DNA from: Squalus acanthias
Lineage: Eukaryota
Assembly (NCBI GenBank): GCA_030390025.1
Contig: CM059431.1
Span: forward strand, 116,748,001-116,812,000
DNA length: 64,000 bases
Direction: 5' to 3'
Positions within the stretch are counted from its first letter, which is position 1. Every line of letters starts with the position of its first letter. A model generated the notes under the pieces. It was not told the DNA's origin, made no database searches, and saw nothing but the letters and a program-made list of their open reading frames with translations. Below are positions 10,700-24,014 of this stretch, piece after piece. Made by a program: the position numbers and the translations under genes.

Positions 10700-12765
10700 G
10701 GCAATAAAAGCAGAAAATGCTCAGTAGGTCAGGCAGCATCAATGGAGAGAGAGAGACAGAGTTAACGGGCTGAATTTTGCCGACGCTCAGAGTGCGGGTT
10801 TGGAGGCGAGTCCGCTATCAAAATCACAATGATTGACAGAGGGTTGGTATCCCGCAGTAAACCTGCCTGCTTGTCAGTTTCCCAAGTATCAGGTCTGTCA
10901 TCCCTGAACACACCCGACACCAAGCGGCGGGTCAGCCAATTTAGATAGTCAAAGGCTTATTAAAAGGTAGTTAAGAATCATTTTCTCATGTACTTACCAT
11001 TTTACCAGGTTTTCAACGAGGAGAGCGGCTATCACGTCAGGTAAGTATGTCGGGTTCTCAATGATTGTGGATTGCTGTGAATAGGTGATAGCTGCAAAAG
11101 TGGTCTAAAACCTACCATTTCACAGCTGTTCACTTCCCAATCTTAGAAGCTGGAGCATTAATGATTTGGAACCAACCTTATGCACTTTTGAAATGTTTGG
11201 AGTAATTTCTCTATCCACTGTCACCTCCTTGGAACAACCTATCTCAACATTGACAGATTACTTATGTCATCTCAAATTCACCTGCCATCTGTTCCATCAG
11301 CATCGGTGCCCTTGAAAAAATCTCATCTTGGTCCTCAGAATCCCAAAATGATCAGCTCCAACATCAGCATCACCGGGCACACCAGCAGCACCAACATCCA
11401 CACCAACCTTCTCCGCAATTAACTGATGCTGCACAGGACACAGGGCATCATCACCCATGCATATTGTTGCCCGGGATGCCAGCGATGGCCTCACCATGTC
11501 CAGATTTGCTTCACTTAGCACTGTACACCCTGGCTACCACATGATGCGCCAGGTTGGCACCACCTCACACCAGCACCATACAGCATTCCTACAATGTCCA
11601 AGGCATTCCTTTCACACCCATCACCATTGGCGGGAGGAGACGTTATGTCTCACCATTCACTGGAACTCACTAACACACTTTCAAAGGTGCACACAAATCT
11701 GTCCAAGAAGGCAAAGTGGTGACAATAAGGATTTCAATGCTTGACAACACATTAACAGAAGGTTTACATGAACATTGGCTAAAACATCCAAGTGCCTACC
11801 GCTGTGTGTTGTTAGTTGGTATGATTGGATAAGGATGAGGGGGAGTGTGAGGGGTGGCTAGTGAGATGGAGAAGTGATAATGTAGAAAGAGAGAGATGGG
11901 TGGAGGTGTAAGGTAAGTTGGTGTGAGTAAGGATGTGCAGGAGTAGGGTAGGGAAGGCAGAGTGATGGGGATGTGATGAGTGGCACAGCAGGATGAGATT
12001 GAGTGTGGCTTTGCAGTAACATTTTGTGATCTATTGAGATCATTGAAAGGTTTGCGCCACTGCAGCCTGGTCCCCCTGATGACATCCCTGCTCGTGTCCT
12101 CCTGTGCAATGTGCAACCAGGCTGTGTTGGTGTCTGAGGAGGTGTCTTCCGTCCATTGGAAGGGAAGAGAATTTCCCTGCGTGCTGTGACTCCCTCCATA
12201 AGCATATGGAGGGAGTCATGCAGGAGCCTGGGTGCAGCCGTGTACCTTTGTACAGTGCTTGTCAGTGTTTGCAGCACCTCAATGCTGTAGAACACTGACA
12301 GCACAACTGTCAAAATCATTTTGGCCACGGCCCCTTTAAGGAAACCGGCTGATGACGCGTCATCAAATGACGTCATCAGACCTGCTTCCTATTAATTGTC
12401 CGGGAACTTCGCAGGGCGGGCTTAACAAATCCAATCAACGTAAAATCTTGTTGGAGGCCGGGATCGAGATAGATGCGAGGTTCCCACACGCCATGGACGT
12501 TGCCCACCACGGACCCACCGAGGTTGGAAAAATCAAGCCCAACGTTTCATGTCGATGACGTTTCATCAGAACTGCAAATGTAAAAGATGAACAGTTTTTA
12601 GGCAAATGCAGAGTCGAGAAAAGGTGGGGATGGCGGGCGCGGCAAGAAAAGAACAAAATGGAGAGGTCTGTGATAGGATAGAGAGCAGGAATGATTAAAT
12701 GACAAAAGTAATGATGGTGCAAGGCAAAATGTGGTGATAATAAGACAAGTAAAGAAACAAAGGAG
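10700..12765 (-). mobile_element. Penelope-like 3' end with hammerhead (family 2), split by a Harbinger derivative
   Basis: Rejoined flanks read gtt-CTGATGA-aacgtcatcgacat-GAAACGTT-aactc on the minus strand, homologous to 46010-46140. Confidence 0.75.
10767..12540. mobile_element. Harbinger internal-deletion derivative
   Basis: TIRs GGGCTGAATTTT / AAAATCAAGCCC; AAC TSD at 10764-10766 and 12541-12543; Myb exon-1 remnant on - (PRLLHDSLHMLMEGV..EILFPSNGR) and transposase N-terminal remnant on +. Confidence 0.9.
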
Positions 12766-12796
12766 GTATAAATACTTACAGCAGAATAGCAGAGGT

Positions 12797-13020
12797 ACAT
12801 AGAACAGGAGTAGGCCATTCAACACCTCGAGCCTGTTCCACCAAACAAATAGATCATGGCTGATCTGTACCTCAATACCATTTACCCGCCTTTGCTCCAT
12901 ATCCCTTAGTACCCTTACCTAACCAAAATCTACCTATCTTAGTTTTGAAATTTTCAATTGACCTAGCCTCAACAGCCTTTTGGGTCAGAGAGGTCCAGGT
13001 TTCCACTATTCTTTGAATAA
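12797..13020 (-). mobile_element. CR1 LINE 3' end
   Basis: caggagtaggccattc..ctcgagcctg..gatcatggctgatc, the CR1 3' UTR module. Confidence 0.75.
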
Positions 13021-13705
13021 AGGGGCACAGGTGTTTCTACAGAGCAGTAGACAGCAGTGGCCAACATTTCTGACAGCTTAGCAGCCTCAGGAGTGTCAGC
13101 AGCTGGAAAGGTCCCCAGATTCTTCAATGCTTCTGTTAGGTCCTCCTGTCTGTTGGGCAATGAGAGCAGGAAGCCCCATTAAAAGGTGTGGAGGGAATAT
13201 GTGAAGATTATTCTGCACATTGATCTTTTTACTCCTACCATTCCTCGGCAGTGTAGTCAGAAAAACACTGTTGATTAAATGAAATCTAGCAACATTACAT
13301 TGAAGTCAGTCACAGTATTATAGTCAAAGTTTCTCGCAATTATTAGTGGGTACATGCATTGTGTTTCCTGGCACCTAAGCCATACAGAGCAGAAGGTCGC
13401 AGGTTTGTTTCCTGTCTATACTGAATGAGAACGCTGAGTTAGGGAGGGAAATATCAGCCATTATTTCCACTCTTGATCAATACTGTCTAGGCTCTAACAG
13501 AAGAATGGCCACTTGGGTGTGATACTGGAGGATTATTAGCATCCATTGACCCATACCCTGGCCAAAGTTGATATCTTCAGGAGAGAAGAGACACGTGTAT
13601 TTGAGTGCTATAATATGATAAAGGCATGTGCTTGCACAGATTAAGCAGTGCTTTGTCATTTCGTGTTCTTCTAAACAATGCAAGACCTCAGGAAGATGAC
13701 ATCAT

Positions 13706-14469
13706 GGGCCACAAATTCGGCTCTTGTCGGGTGAGTATGCGTTGTGTACTCACCCGTAAGGCCACCTGAAGTGCCGGTTTCCTGCATGCACTGCGCATGT
13801 GCGGGAAACCGGAACTTCCGTTCCCCTGAAGGGAGGGGTTCAGAAGTCGAACGCGTGCGCGGGAGAGGCTGCACGCACACAGCGAACTTCGTTTTTTTTT
13901 CAGGTTTCTCCGTGAGGGTAATTATGGAAAAGCTGCACATTTAAAAAGGAGGCGCAAGGCCTGTTTTTAACAAGGTAAGTGGTTAATTAATTACAATTTA
14001 AACATTTTTTCAACAGGTTTATCTTTTTTACATACTTTAAAGAAAGGTAAGTTTATTTTTAGCACCGTTAAAAAGTTTAATGAATTTTTTCAAAAATTTA
14101 AATTTTTGTTTAAAGTAGTTAATTTATGTAATTTATAGTTATTTTTAAAAATGTGATGGTTTTTTAAAAATTTATTTGAAGTTTTAGTGTGGTTTTGGGG
14201 CCGATCTCTATTCATAGATTTGACAGGTCTTCCTGTGAAATCTATGAATGAAAATTCCCTGCTAGGATTGGCTCTCCATGGCCCACGTGATCCCAGGGGA
14301 CGCTTCAAACGAACTGCGCCCCTGGGATACGCAAGCACTGCGCGCCGGCAGCTGCAGGAGGCCCAGGACCCGAAGTCCTCGTGGGCCCGAAGCACAACTG
14401 CAGGCGCGGTAGGTAAGTACGCGCACGATGCTTGCACCGCAGGAAGCCAGAGAGCCGAATTTCTGGCCC
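13706..14469. mobile_element. Harbinger-type MITE family A, complete
   Basis: 19-bp TIR GGGCCACAAATTCGGCTCT / AGAGCCGAATTTCTGGCCC; CAT TSD at 13703-13705 and 14470-14472. Confidence 0.92.
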
Positions 14470-15619
14470 CATGACTATACGCTGAGCATCTGTTAACATG
14501 CAAAAGTACTCCTTCTTCTAGCTATGGGACGTGAAGTTGCATGTCACACTTGTCTATTATAATGCCACTGCTTAGCACTGGGCTCAGAATTAGTAAATGT
14601 TACACAGTAATCTCCTTTGTTCATGAGTGACTTACCTGGGTAATTAATTCTTTTTTTCAAATACAGCACACCAAAAAATAGAACAGGCATTTTAAATCAG
14701 TTCTTAACCCAAATGTATGAGTTATTTTGCACATGGCAGATAATAGTATTGTTTTTCTAATGCAGTAATTTCAGTGGAAATTATCTTTGAGAAAACAGTG
14801 ACTAAACAGGGTATCACTGTACAAAGTGTATATTTTTCTATTAAAACAAGACAGAGGGTGGATTTATGAATGGCTAATCCTACCTACACCAACAGACAGC
14901 TGTTGAGTGTTTAATCTTCTTTTACATTAAGAGAAGATGGTGTGCAGAGATTTATTCACATTTGGAGCACACAGGGATAGAATGTCCATGAGCTCTCCCC
15001 CAGTTGCCACTGTAACTTCAGTGGAAGATGGGCAGAAACCTTAGTTAAGCGGCTCTTTAGGTCATTTCTCTAGGGTTTCTGCCAAAGTTTCGGCATACAA
15101 TCGGGAGAACCCCTACAGAAGTTACCGGTGATGGTATGTAATCGATTAAGAGGTTGGTGTCGTTGCATTGTTTTGCCACAATATTGTGGTGCTACCAGCC
15201 ACTTTTGTGCTCAGGAGCAGAGTTGCTGTATTTGATTTTTGTTTCTCACCATATTTATCCATTCTCTCTCCTACTAAAGGCATCGACTTCTTGCTGTCAA
15301 CCTGCTGTACCTTGCCCAAGTGGCTATCTATTCAGATACAAGCCTCGACATTGCATACTAACAGGCTATTCAACGGTGAAGGGCTTTACAGCCAAGCTGC
15401 ATCGTGCCTTGCTCCGATGTCGACATGCACTTTTTCAGCAGAGATCACCAGATTTCCCCCTCCCTCGCCTGGGGATGGGATCGGGGAGGTGGTGCCGAGG
15501 ACATTTTTAGCCTTGGCTGTGATCAACAAACTCAACACAAGTCGGCGATGGAAGCCTAGCTTCGATGGTTCAGCTATTCACTGGATAAACTAACTGATCC
15601 ATTGAACAAAGTGCCACAA

Positions 15620-16367
15620 TAGATTGGGAAAAGGGGAAGTGCAACGAGACCTGGGTGTCCTTGTGCACCAGTCGCTGAAGGTAAGCATGCAGGTGCAGCA
15701 GGCGGTTAAGAAGGCAAATGGTATGTTGGCCTTCATAGCGAGAGGATTCGAGTACAGGAGCAAGGATGTCTTGCTGCAGTTGTACAGGGCCTTGGTGAGA
15801 CCACACCTTCAGTATTGTGTGCAGTTTTAGTCGCCTTATCTGAGGAAGGATGTTCTTGCCATGGAGGGAGTGCAGCGAAGATTCACCAGACTGATACTTG
15901 GGATAGCAGGAATGACGTATGAAGAGAGATTGGGTCGATTGGGCTTGTATTTGCTAGAGTTTAGAAGAATGAGAGGGGATCTCATTGAAACTTATAAAAT
16001 TCTAACAGGACTAGACAGACTAGATGCAGGAAGGATGTTCCCGATCGCGGGGGAGTCCAGAACCAGGGGTCACAGTCTAAGGATAAGGGGTAAGCCATTT
16101 AGGACTGAGATGAGGAGGAATTTCTTCACCCAGAGAGTGGTGAACCTGTGGAATTCTCTACCACAGAAGGCAGTTGAGGCCAATTCATTAAATATATTCA
16201 AGAAAGAGTTAGATATATTTCTTAAGGCTAAAGAGATCAAGGGATATGGGGAGAAAGCAGGGACAGGGTATTGAATTTGGATTATCAGCCATGATCTCAT
16301 TAAATGGTGGAACAGGCTCGAGGGGCCGAATGGCCTACTCCTGCTCCTATCTTCCATGTTTCTATGT
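15620..16367 (+). mobile_element. CR1 LINE, 5'-truncated
   Basis: RDLGVLV..KANGML..LYRALVRPHL..RRMRGDLIETYKI..FFTQRVVNLWNSLP, then the 3' UTR module. Confidence 0.95.
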
Positions 16368-16907
16368 TAATTTTAATATTTTAATCTACCTTCACAGAAC
16401 CTCGTGGTGGCTCAGCAACTTTTTCCACCCCAAATCAATTTCATGGAAGGAAGACATAATTCAATATTTTTATGTCAAATACTATGCAATAATTTGATAT
16501 CAAAATGTCATTTAGAATAAAACCAATTTATTTTTCTGGTGCATGCATTATAAATAACGGTGGAGAAATCAACCAAGTGCTCTCACATTCAGACGAGTGT
16601 TTGTACAGGAAATCAGAGTAAGCAATAAAATGTCACTTCCCTTTTGGTTATTTGTCTGAATCTCCATTGTATATGAGATTATTGCAATATATGCAGAATA
16701 GGAAATATCTTGGTAAATCATGGTGTATTATTTGACACCAAATCTTCCTCCCTCGACTAGTAAACAGATCACATCTTTTGGTTTTCAGAAGTACTCCTTT
16801 TTCTAGATATGGGGCGCAAAGTTACATGTCACACTTGTCTACTATAATGCCACTGCTTAGCAGAAGTAAACAGAATTAATAGTGGTATTAAGCAATATAT
16901 GTGTCAC

Positions 16908-17250
16908 CTGTGGCTCTATTGGTAGCACTCTCACCGACATTAAACCAAGGCCCCGTCTGCCCTCTCAGGTGGACGTAAAACATCCCATGGCTATATTTTT
17001 GATGAAGAGCAGGGAAGGTCTCCCTGGTGTTCTGGACAATATTTATCCTTCAACCAACACCGCTAAAAAACAGATTATCTGGTCATTGTCTCATTGCAGT
17101 TTGTGGGACCTTGCTGTGCGCAAATTGGTTGCCATGTTTCCTACATTACAACAGTGACTACACTTCAAAAATACTTCATTAGCTGTAAAATGCTTTGGGA
17201 CATCCTGAGGTTGTGAAAGTCGCTATATAAATGCAAGTCTTTCTTTTCTT
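16908..17250 (+). mobile_element. Deu-domain SINE with internal deletion
   Basis: Head remnant gtggctctattggtagcactctcacc, shared body, tail cgctatataaatgcaagtctttc. Confidence 0.85.
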
Positions 17251-17764
17251 GATCAACATTACTCAAAGTTCATCAATGAGAAAAATTAATGAGTGGTTTT
17301 GGAAAATAGTATTATATTTTGTCAGTATGTTGTGTGCTACACAGTTTTGGGATTCCCATGACTTAAACCATTCAAGCTTCATTCTCATGTCATCAGAACT
17401 TTTCATTTTGGGGTTTAACTTCCTCTTACTGGACTTTGAGTATGTTAAATGGAAATTAATTGTAACTCCTTTGGGCACTGTGCCACAAAATTCTATTTAG
17501 TGGGCTACCTTTAAGCTCTTATGAGTCAGTGGTAACACAGAACAGAGCAGCCATTCTGGTCTAACCTGCTGTAAAGTTGTTTATTCACTCTTTAACAGCA
17601 TAATTGGCACATAAGAGTTACAACTGGCATACAATAAGTAAACACAGCCCCAGAGTGAGCAAATTTGAAGCATAACGCACAAAACAAGGCTCAAAAATGA
17701 GGAAGAATCCATACCCAAAATGTCAATGTGCTCTCTCCACAGATCCTTCTTTTTAATTAAAACG

Positions 17765-18015
17765 AGAAAACAAAAAGTGCGCCCTTTTTAGAGGGGCGCG
17801 CCTAATAAAAAAAACTTAAAACAAAAACAAGGGAAACTTATAATTTAAATAATAATATAATTTTCCCTATCACCAAGACACTCCAATCCCCGTGGTGCCC
17901 ACCAGTCGCGGAGGCCCCAAGCTTACCGGCAGATACCGCGTGCTCCTTCTCCAGGGCCACCCAGGCATGGACAAAGTAGCTGAAGAGAGGCAGTCAGCCA
18001 GAGCGACAACCCCCA
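17765..18015 (-). mobile_element. Probable L1/Tx1-clade LINE 3' end
   Basis: Minus strand reads VHAWVALEKEHAVSAGKL, followed by a T-rich 3' UTR; recognised by resemblance only. Confidence 0.5.
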
Positions 18016-18087
18016 CAGGCTGCGTCTCCCCACAGATGCTGCCTGACCTGCTGAGTGCTTCCAGAGTTTTCGTTTTTTATTGTAAAA

Positions 18088-18275
18088 GAGGCAGATTTAC
18101 TGATGATCTCCTCCAGATTAGAATTGTAGCTGAGGGAGTAAAGGAATGAAGGGCATCCAACAAATAAGTAATAGATCCAGTCGGCATGGGAGTCAATGAC
18201 CAGCAAGGTCATTGTCGAGTCTTCCACCCATTGTACACGGGAAGATGTAACAAAGAAGATGTTTGATCTATAGAA
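18088..18275 (+). pseudogene. Old Myb/SANT-like (Harbinger-type) DNA-binding domain remnant
   Basis: Broken frames RFTDDLLQI..EGVKE* and SAWESMTSKVIVESSTHCTREDVTKKMFDL* parallel the exon at 37621-37860. Confidence 0.5.
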
Positions 18276-21054
18276 AAGTGTCAGTGTAGAGAAGAAGGAC
18301 GGCTGTCAATCATCTTCCACTGTTACTGAGGTACAATTAACTTACCAAGCAATATTTAAGTCTGAAGGAAAATGATCTTACCTCACAATATATGGGTCTT
18401 ATATAGTGTTATATGGGTATCAGCCAGGGTTTAATGAGTAATTTCACAAAACAATATTGTTAATGTGGCTTTATCCCCAAATGTGTTGCAGGTGCAGCAT
18501 AAAAGACTGGTAACGAGGATATTGTACAAAGAGAAATACTGACTATAATAAATACACAGGCCAAATTGCCACTGAGAATGTCTTAACTATCTGGTTCCAA
18601 TATCTGTAGCTAGCCAGGTATATCCCATTGTAAATATAGCTAGGCTCCATCGATGTTTCAACTGAGATATGTCCTGGCCTGGGTTATTGTTAGGGTCCTA
18701 TCATGCCTAAGCTACAGGTGGTCTTCTCCTTCCCTACCTGGTCCATGGTTTAAGGCTCTCTGGTTGGCAAAGTTGTGCTGCATGGAGAATACAATCATAA
18801 CCTTGGCAAAGCTGTAATATAATATGCTCCAGCTAGGTCCAGGTATATAAAACACTGATTCAAGATGCCTATAGTGAACTCAATAATTATCCTTGTGGCT
18901 GCACGAGCGTATCTTCACTCGGCTGGTGTTCTTGGTTGTTATAATGTTGTTGTGACCAAAGTTGAAAATGATAGTCTTGGTCTCTGAGGGCTGCTCCTTG
19001 AAATAACCGAGGCACAGAGGATTGCTTCAATATGAAGCAATCATGACTGTTGTTTGGAAAGTGAGAATTGACCTGCATGATTCTGAGTTGTTGGTCACTG
19101 GCCACTTAAACATCAATGGAGTGAAAACCCACTGTATGGGATTGTATGTATGCACCCAATGGCCCATTATCTGCCATCTGTAAGGCCCTGGACTTTGTCA
19201 AATCCTGCAATGCAGAAAAATTGTGTTAACACACTGGCAAACAGCACATCATTGACCTGCTTGATGCATCTGTACACTGCCATTTAACAGATGCTGTTGA
19301 TGTTGCCTGAGGTAACTTGGAATGAACCAAAGGCTAAGCATTTCAAGGTTGTCTGCTCCTCCTGGCCCACAAGGGAACCCTAGAAAATGTAAAAAAAAAT
19401 TAAACATGCAGCCTCATTTAAACATCATGTACATTCTACTGTTAAAATGAGGCTAAAAATGCACTTCAGACTGGCCTAAAACTACAGCCAGAAGATTACC
19501 TACTGCACAACTCGGCCAAGCATCCTTCAATATGGATTTCTGCTTAATTTCCATGCCAGCTCTAATGATCCAGCAGATTATATTCAGTGAAACTTTCTAC
19601 TCCAGTCATGCACTCAGACAATTCATTTATCCTGTAGATCTCAATTCCTTTCCTATGGGGTTGAGATTTGTCTCGACAATAATTTTAGCAAAAAAGTCAT
19701 GAATAGAAAATCTCCAATAATGTACTCATGCAGATTTTTTTATGACCAGCGGGAATTTCATCTCAATGATGTAAAATTACATGGCAAAAGCTCAAACCAC
19801 TATTTTTCAGTGAAGGGCAAATTGATAGTGGTTAATGGAGCATAAAAATCAAATGGCAAAACTTAAATGCGGCAGATTAACAATAGCAAGGCATAAGGCT
19901 GTGGGTTGAATTTTCCACGTTAATTGCAGATTTACAATGCAAATACTTTGAAATTATATTGAGTAATATTAGTCTTTGAATGCTTAATGTATTTGTAGGA
20001 AATTCTTTTGTCTGCTATTTAAAAAAAGGCTTTAACCCGACAAAAGGATTTTTATAGAAATGTTTTAAGCATTCAGACACTAGTATCACACAAATTAACT
20101 TTGCTATTATATTATTTTCAAGCCTTTTGTGTTTGTAATGATGAACAAAGTCTGGTTTCCCATCCCCCCCCCCCTCTGCAGCCATGTTGGACTCGGTATT
20201 GGAAAATAGTTGGAGATGATACCGGTCACGGTCCCACATGTCATCCTTGAAAATTGGGTTGGGCCACAAGGGTCAGCTATATCGGGGTCACTTTTAATGT
20301 TACCCGCCCGGGTGGGTGGGCAATTAAAAGCGAGCAGGTTACTTACCCCCTCCGGTCCAGAGCACTTCCAATATGAAAGTGCAGGGTTTTGAAGGTACAC
20401 AAGGTGCCCGTCTAAAGTAGGCGAAGCCCACATAAATGTTTGCAAATCAGGGTCCTATTGCGTCAATAGGACCATGAGGCAGCTTTTACCAGGTCTCTGC
20501 GCTGGGAAGCCGCGGTGGCTTTCCCGCTAGGCAGAGGCCCTGAGGACAGAAGAGGCCCTTCACTTAAGTCCAAAACTTTCCTTTGTGGGGCTTGCCGGCT
20601 GGCAGCCGGTCTATACCCGGTTCATGTCCGTTCCAGGCAGGAAGTAGACTGGCAACATTTAAATGAAGCCTGGTGGTTAAAATCGCCATGGCCTACTGCT
20701 AGAAACACACTCTGATTTAAAACCCATGCTATACAGTTGTACTCTGATCGACACTCTCACATGCTAAACGATTGCAGGTTATCACAGCACGGCTGTTCTT
20801 AAGTTTAATTTAAGCTGTATTTAGTTTCAAACTATACATTTTAATTCCTAATTGCTAATGCCAGAATTGCAGCATTAATGATGCTGCTGCCTTTAATACT
20901 AACCAAAGAATACAACTCTTTCTAAATAATCAATTTAAACAGGCTGACATTTTTAGGCTATGGTGAAAAGGCGCTCCCTAAATGCAAGTCTTTCTATCAA
21001 ATTTGCTCCATCATCCCCCCTGTTGGTGATGCTATAGGAGTCCAGCAGAATAGA

Positions 21055-21588
21055 TAGAACATAAGAAATATGAGCAGGAGTAGGCCTTTGGCCCTTCGAG
21101 CCTGCTCCGCCATTCAATAAGATCATGGCTGATCTTTTACCTCATCTCCACTTTCCTGCACCATCCCCATATGCCTCGATTCCCTTAATATTCAAAAATC
21201 TATCGATCTCTGTCTTGAAGATACTCGACGACTCAGCTTCCACAGCCCTCTGGGGTAGAGAATTCCAAAGATTCACCATCCTCGGAGTGAAGAAATTTCT
21301 CCTCACCTCAGTCCTAAATGGCCAACACCTTATTCTGAGACTGTGACCCCAGGTTCTGGACTCCCCAGCCAGGGCAAATATCCTCCCTGCATCTACCCTG
21401 TCAAGCCCTGTAAGAATTTTGTATGTTTCAATGAGATCACCTCACATTCTTCTAAACTCTAGAGAATATAGGCCTAGTCTGCTCAATCTCTCCTCATAGG
21501 ACAATCCCCCCATCCCAGGAATCAGTCTGGTGAAACTTTGTTGCACTTCCTCTATGCCAAGTATATCCTTCCTTAGGTAAGGAGACCT
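21055..21588 (-). mobile_element. CR1 LINE 3' portion
   Basis: Reverse-complement homolog of 15830-16367. Confidence 0.92.
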
Positions 21589-21589
21589 A

Positions 21590-22170
21590 AATCAAGCGAT
21601 CCACTTCCTTCTTGGAGCGCAAGAGAGGAGGAAGATCGCGACCCAAGGCGCACGGCTCCGCAGCGCCACACACTGGGCCGCGTGGCGCTGACGCGTTGCA
21701 GGGGCTCTTCCCTGAATTAAAGGGAAGGGCCCCATGCTGGGAACTCTGCAATTTATATTTAACTTACCTGCAGCACCGGGGAAGCAGGGGTGTCGCACGA
21801 TCAGCCCGTGTCCGGAGCAAGAAAAATGTTTTCAATAAAGCCGACATTTTTTTCAGGGCAGCCTCGCCACCTCACCTTTAACTTCTCCTGGCTAGCGGCC
21901 GGCCGTCCTGCTCGCGTCCCCTGCAGCAGTCGCTGCCATTGCCCGGTGCTACTGCAGGGGGCGAAGGGGAATTTTTCTGCCGGGGCGATGCGCCCAGAGA
22001 GGATGCCATGATCTCCGGGCGCATGAGATCGGGGCGTAACCCGGTAGCACTGCCGCTAACCTCCCGCGGAATTTAGCGGGAGGCGCGGTTAGCGCCGCGG
22101 CCGGGCAACAAGACCTTTGCGCCCCGTTAGTGCTCCCCACGTGAGGCACAAAGGAGAGGAATTTCTCCCC
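21590..22170. mobile_element. GC-rich MITE, one end truncated
   Basis: Right end GAATTTCTCCCC; shares motifs (cacttcctt..ggagcgcaa, aagggaagg) with 62687-63446. Confidence 0.55.
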
Positions 22171-23253
22171 CATGGTATTCACAGAACCTTTACTGAAACC
22201 ATTCGGCTAGATTTTCAACTTGCTGCCCGGGCATAAAACTGGCATCGCGGATCTGCCACCCTTCATAGAAACCATCCGGTTTTTGATACCAGTGAAAATC
22301 CACCCAGTAGTTTCAGGGATAAGATGACTTTCCCTTTAATGGCACCGATTATACGACAATGCCACTGTAGAATGGACCTGCTGAAATATACAACCTCTAA
22401 CCTACCACGTGTACTACACAGCAGTTCCACTTATACTCGGATACTTGTTCCAAATTGAATTTGATGTTTGTTAAAGCCTATTGCTTCAGCTGTCTTAAGG
22501 CTAATGTAAGGTCAAGGAAAGCAAGATACCACAGCTTCACTTTTAGTACGGTGTAAAAATAAGGTTAAATAAGAATAGAAAATTGCTGGTGTCACATTTC
22601 TTTAAAGGGACTGTTGTCTTGCTAAAGAACCTTGGAGGAAACCCTTTTTATGTCAATATTGAAAGTTATGATTCATTCATTTTGTTCATAGGAATTACCA
22701 AATATTGATACTGCTGACATTTCAAAATAGATGAGACCTAAACATCTGATTAATGTTTCGATTTATCAATCAATTATTGACCATTTATAAACATTATAAT
22801 AATGAAACTATACATTATTAAAAATCATGCAGCCTGTCCACAAACCTTATTTCCTGTTTCATGATTTTTGGTCATATTTTTATGTTCTCATTTAACACAA
22901 ACTGTCAATCTAAACAGTTTTATTAGAACTTGTCAATGCAAACAGATACCCGTTATGGTTTAGATGAACCAATTAAATCACTCAAAATGCTTTGTCCAAA
23001 AATAAATCATCTGCTGTGTTTTCTCAGTAACTTAAAGTTCTGCGTCCAAAATAAGGTTTTTCACAGAAAAAAATAAAAATTTAAAAAATTACATATTTCA
23101 CAATACAGTTAAATTTACCTGTTGAATTTCCTTTTGCGTCTTTTAAAACTTTCCTTATAGTTTTAACATCCTTAGCCTGACTTAAAAGCCTGGGGTTCAA
23201 CTGGAAACTTTTACTTCAGAAAAGTTGCACATCTGTGCACATCTAAGCTTATT

Positions 23254-24014
23254 GGGGCAGAAATTAGGCTCGCCACGGGTGAGTACGCACTATGTACTCA
23301 CCCGTGGACGGAACGAAAGTGCCGGTTTCTTGCATACACTGCGCATGCGCGGGAAACCGGCACTTCCGTTCCCCTGAAGGAAGGGGTTCAGAGGTCGAAC
23401 GCGCACGCCGGAGGGCCAGCGCGTTCGCCTCGCACTTCGGGTTTTTTTCTTTTACAGGTTCCTCCGTGAGGGTAAGCACGGAGAAGATACACATTGAAAA
23501 AGGAGGCGCAAGGCCGTCTTTTAACAAGGTAAGTGTTGATTTTATTAAAATTTAAACTTTTTTCCACAGATTTATCTTTTTTAATTACTTTAAAGAAAGG
23601 TTAAGTTTAGTTTTAGCAATGTTAAAAAGTGTAATTAATTTTTTCAAAAATTTAAATTTTTGTTTAAAATAGTTAATTAATGTAATTTATAGTTATTTTA
23701 AAAATGTGATTATTTTTTTTAAAATTTATTTGTAGTTTTAGGGATGTTTTGGGGCCGATCTGTATTCAGGTCTTCCTGTCAAATCTATGAATGAAAGATG
23801 GTCTGCTGCCATTGGCTCTCCATGGCCCACGTGATCCCAGGGGACGCATCGCACTAACTGCGCCCCTGGGATACGCAAGCACTGCGCGGCGGCAGCTGGA
23901 GGAGGCCCAGGACCGGAATTCCTCGTGGGCCCAGGGGTCAACGGCAGGCGCGGTAGGTAGGTGCGCGCACGATCCTTGCACCCGCGGGAAGCCAGGGAGA
24001 CGAATATCTGGCCA
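23254..24014. mobile_element. Harbinger-type MITE family A, complete
   Basis: Colinear with 13706-14469; ATT TSD at 23251-23253 and 24015-24017. Confidence 0.9.

Noticed and set aside
15130..15610. Unassigned segment with two overlapping ORFs
   Set aside because: No recognisable motifs or termini; probably an unrecognised repeat fragment that I cannot classify.
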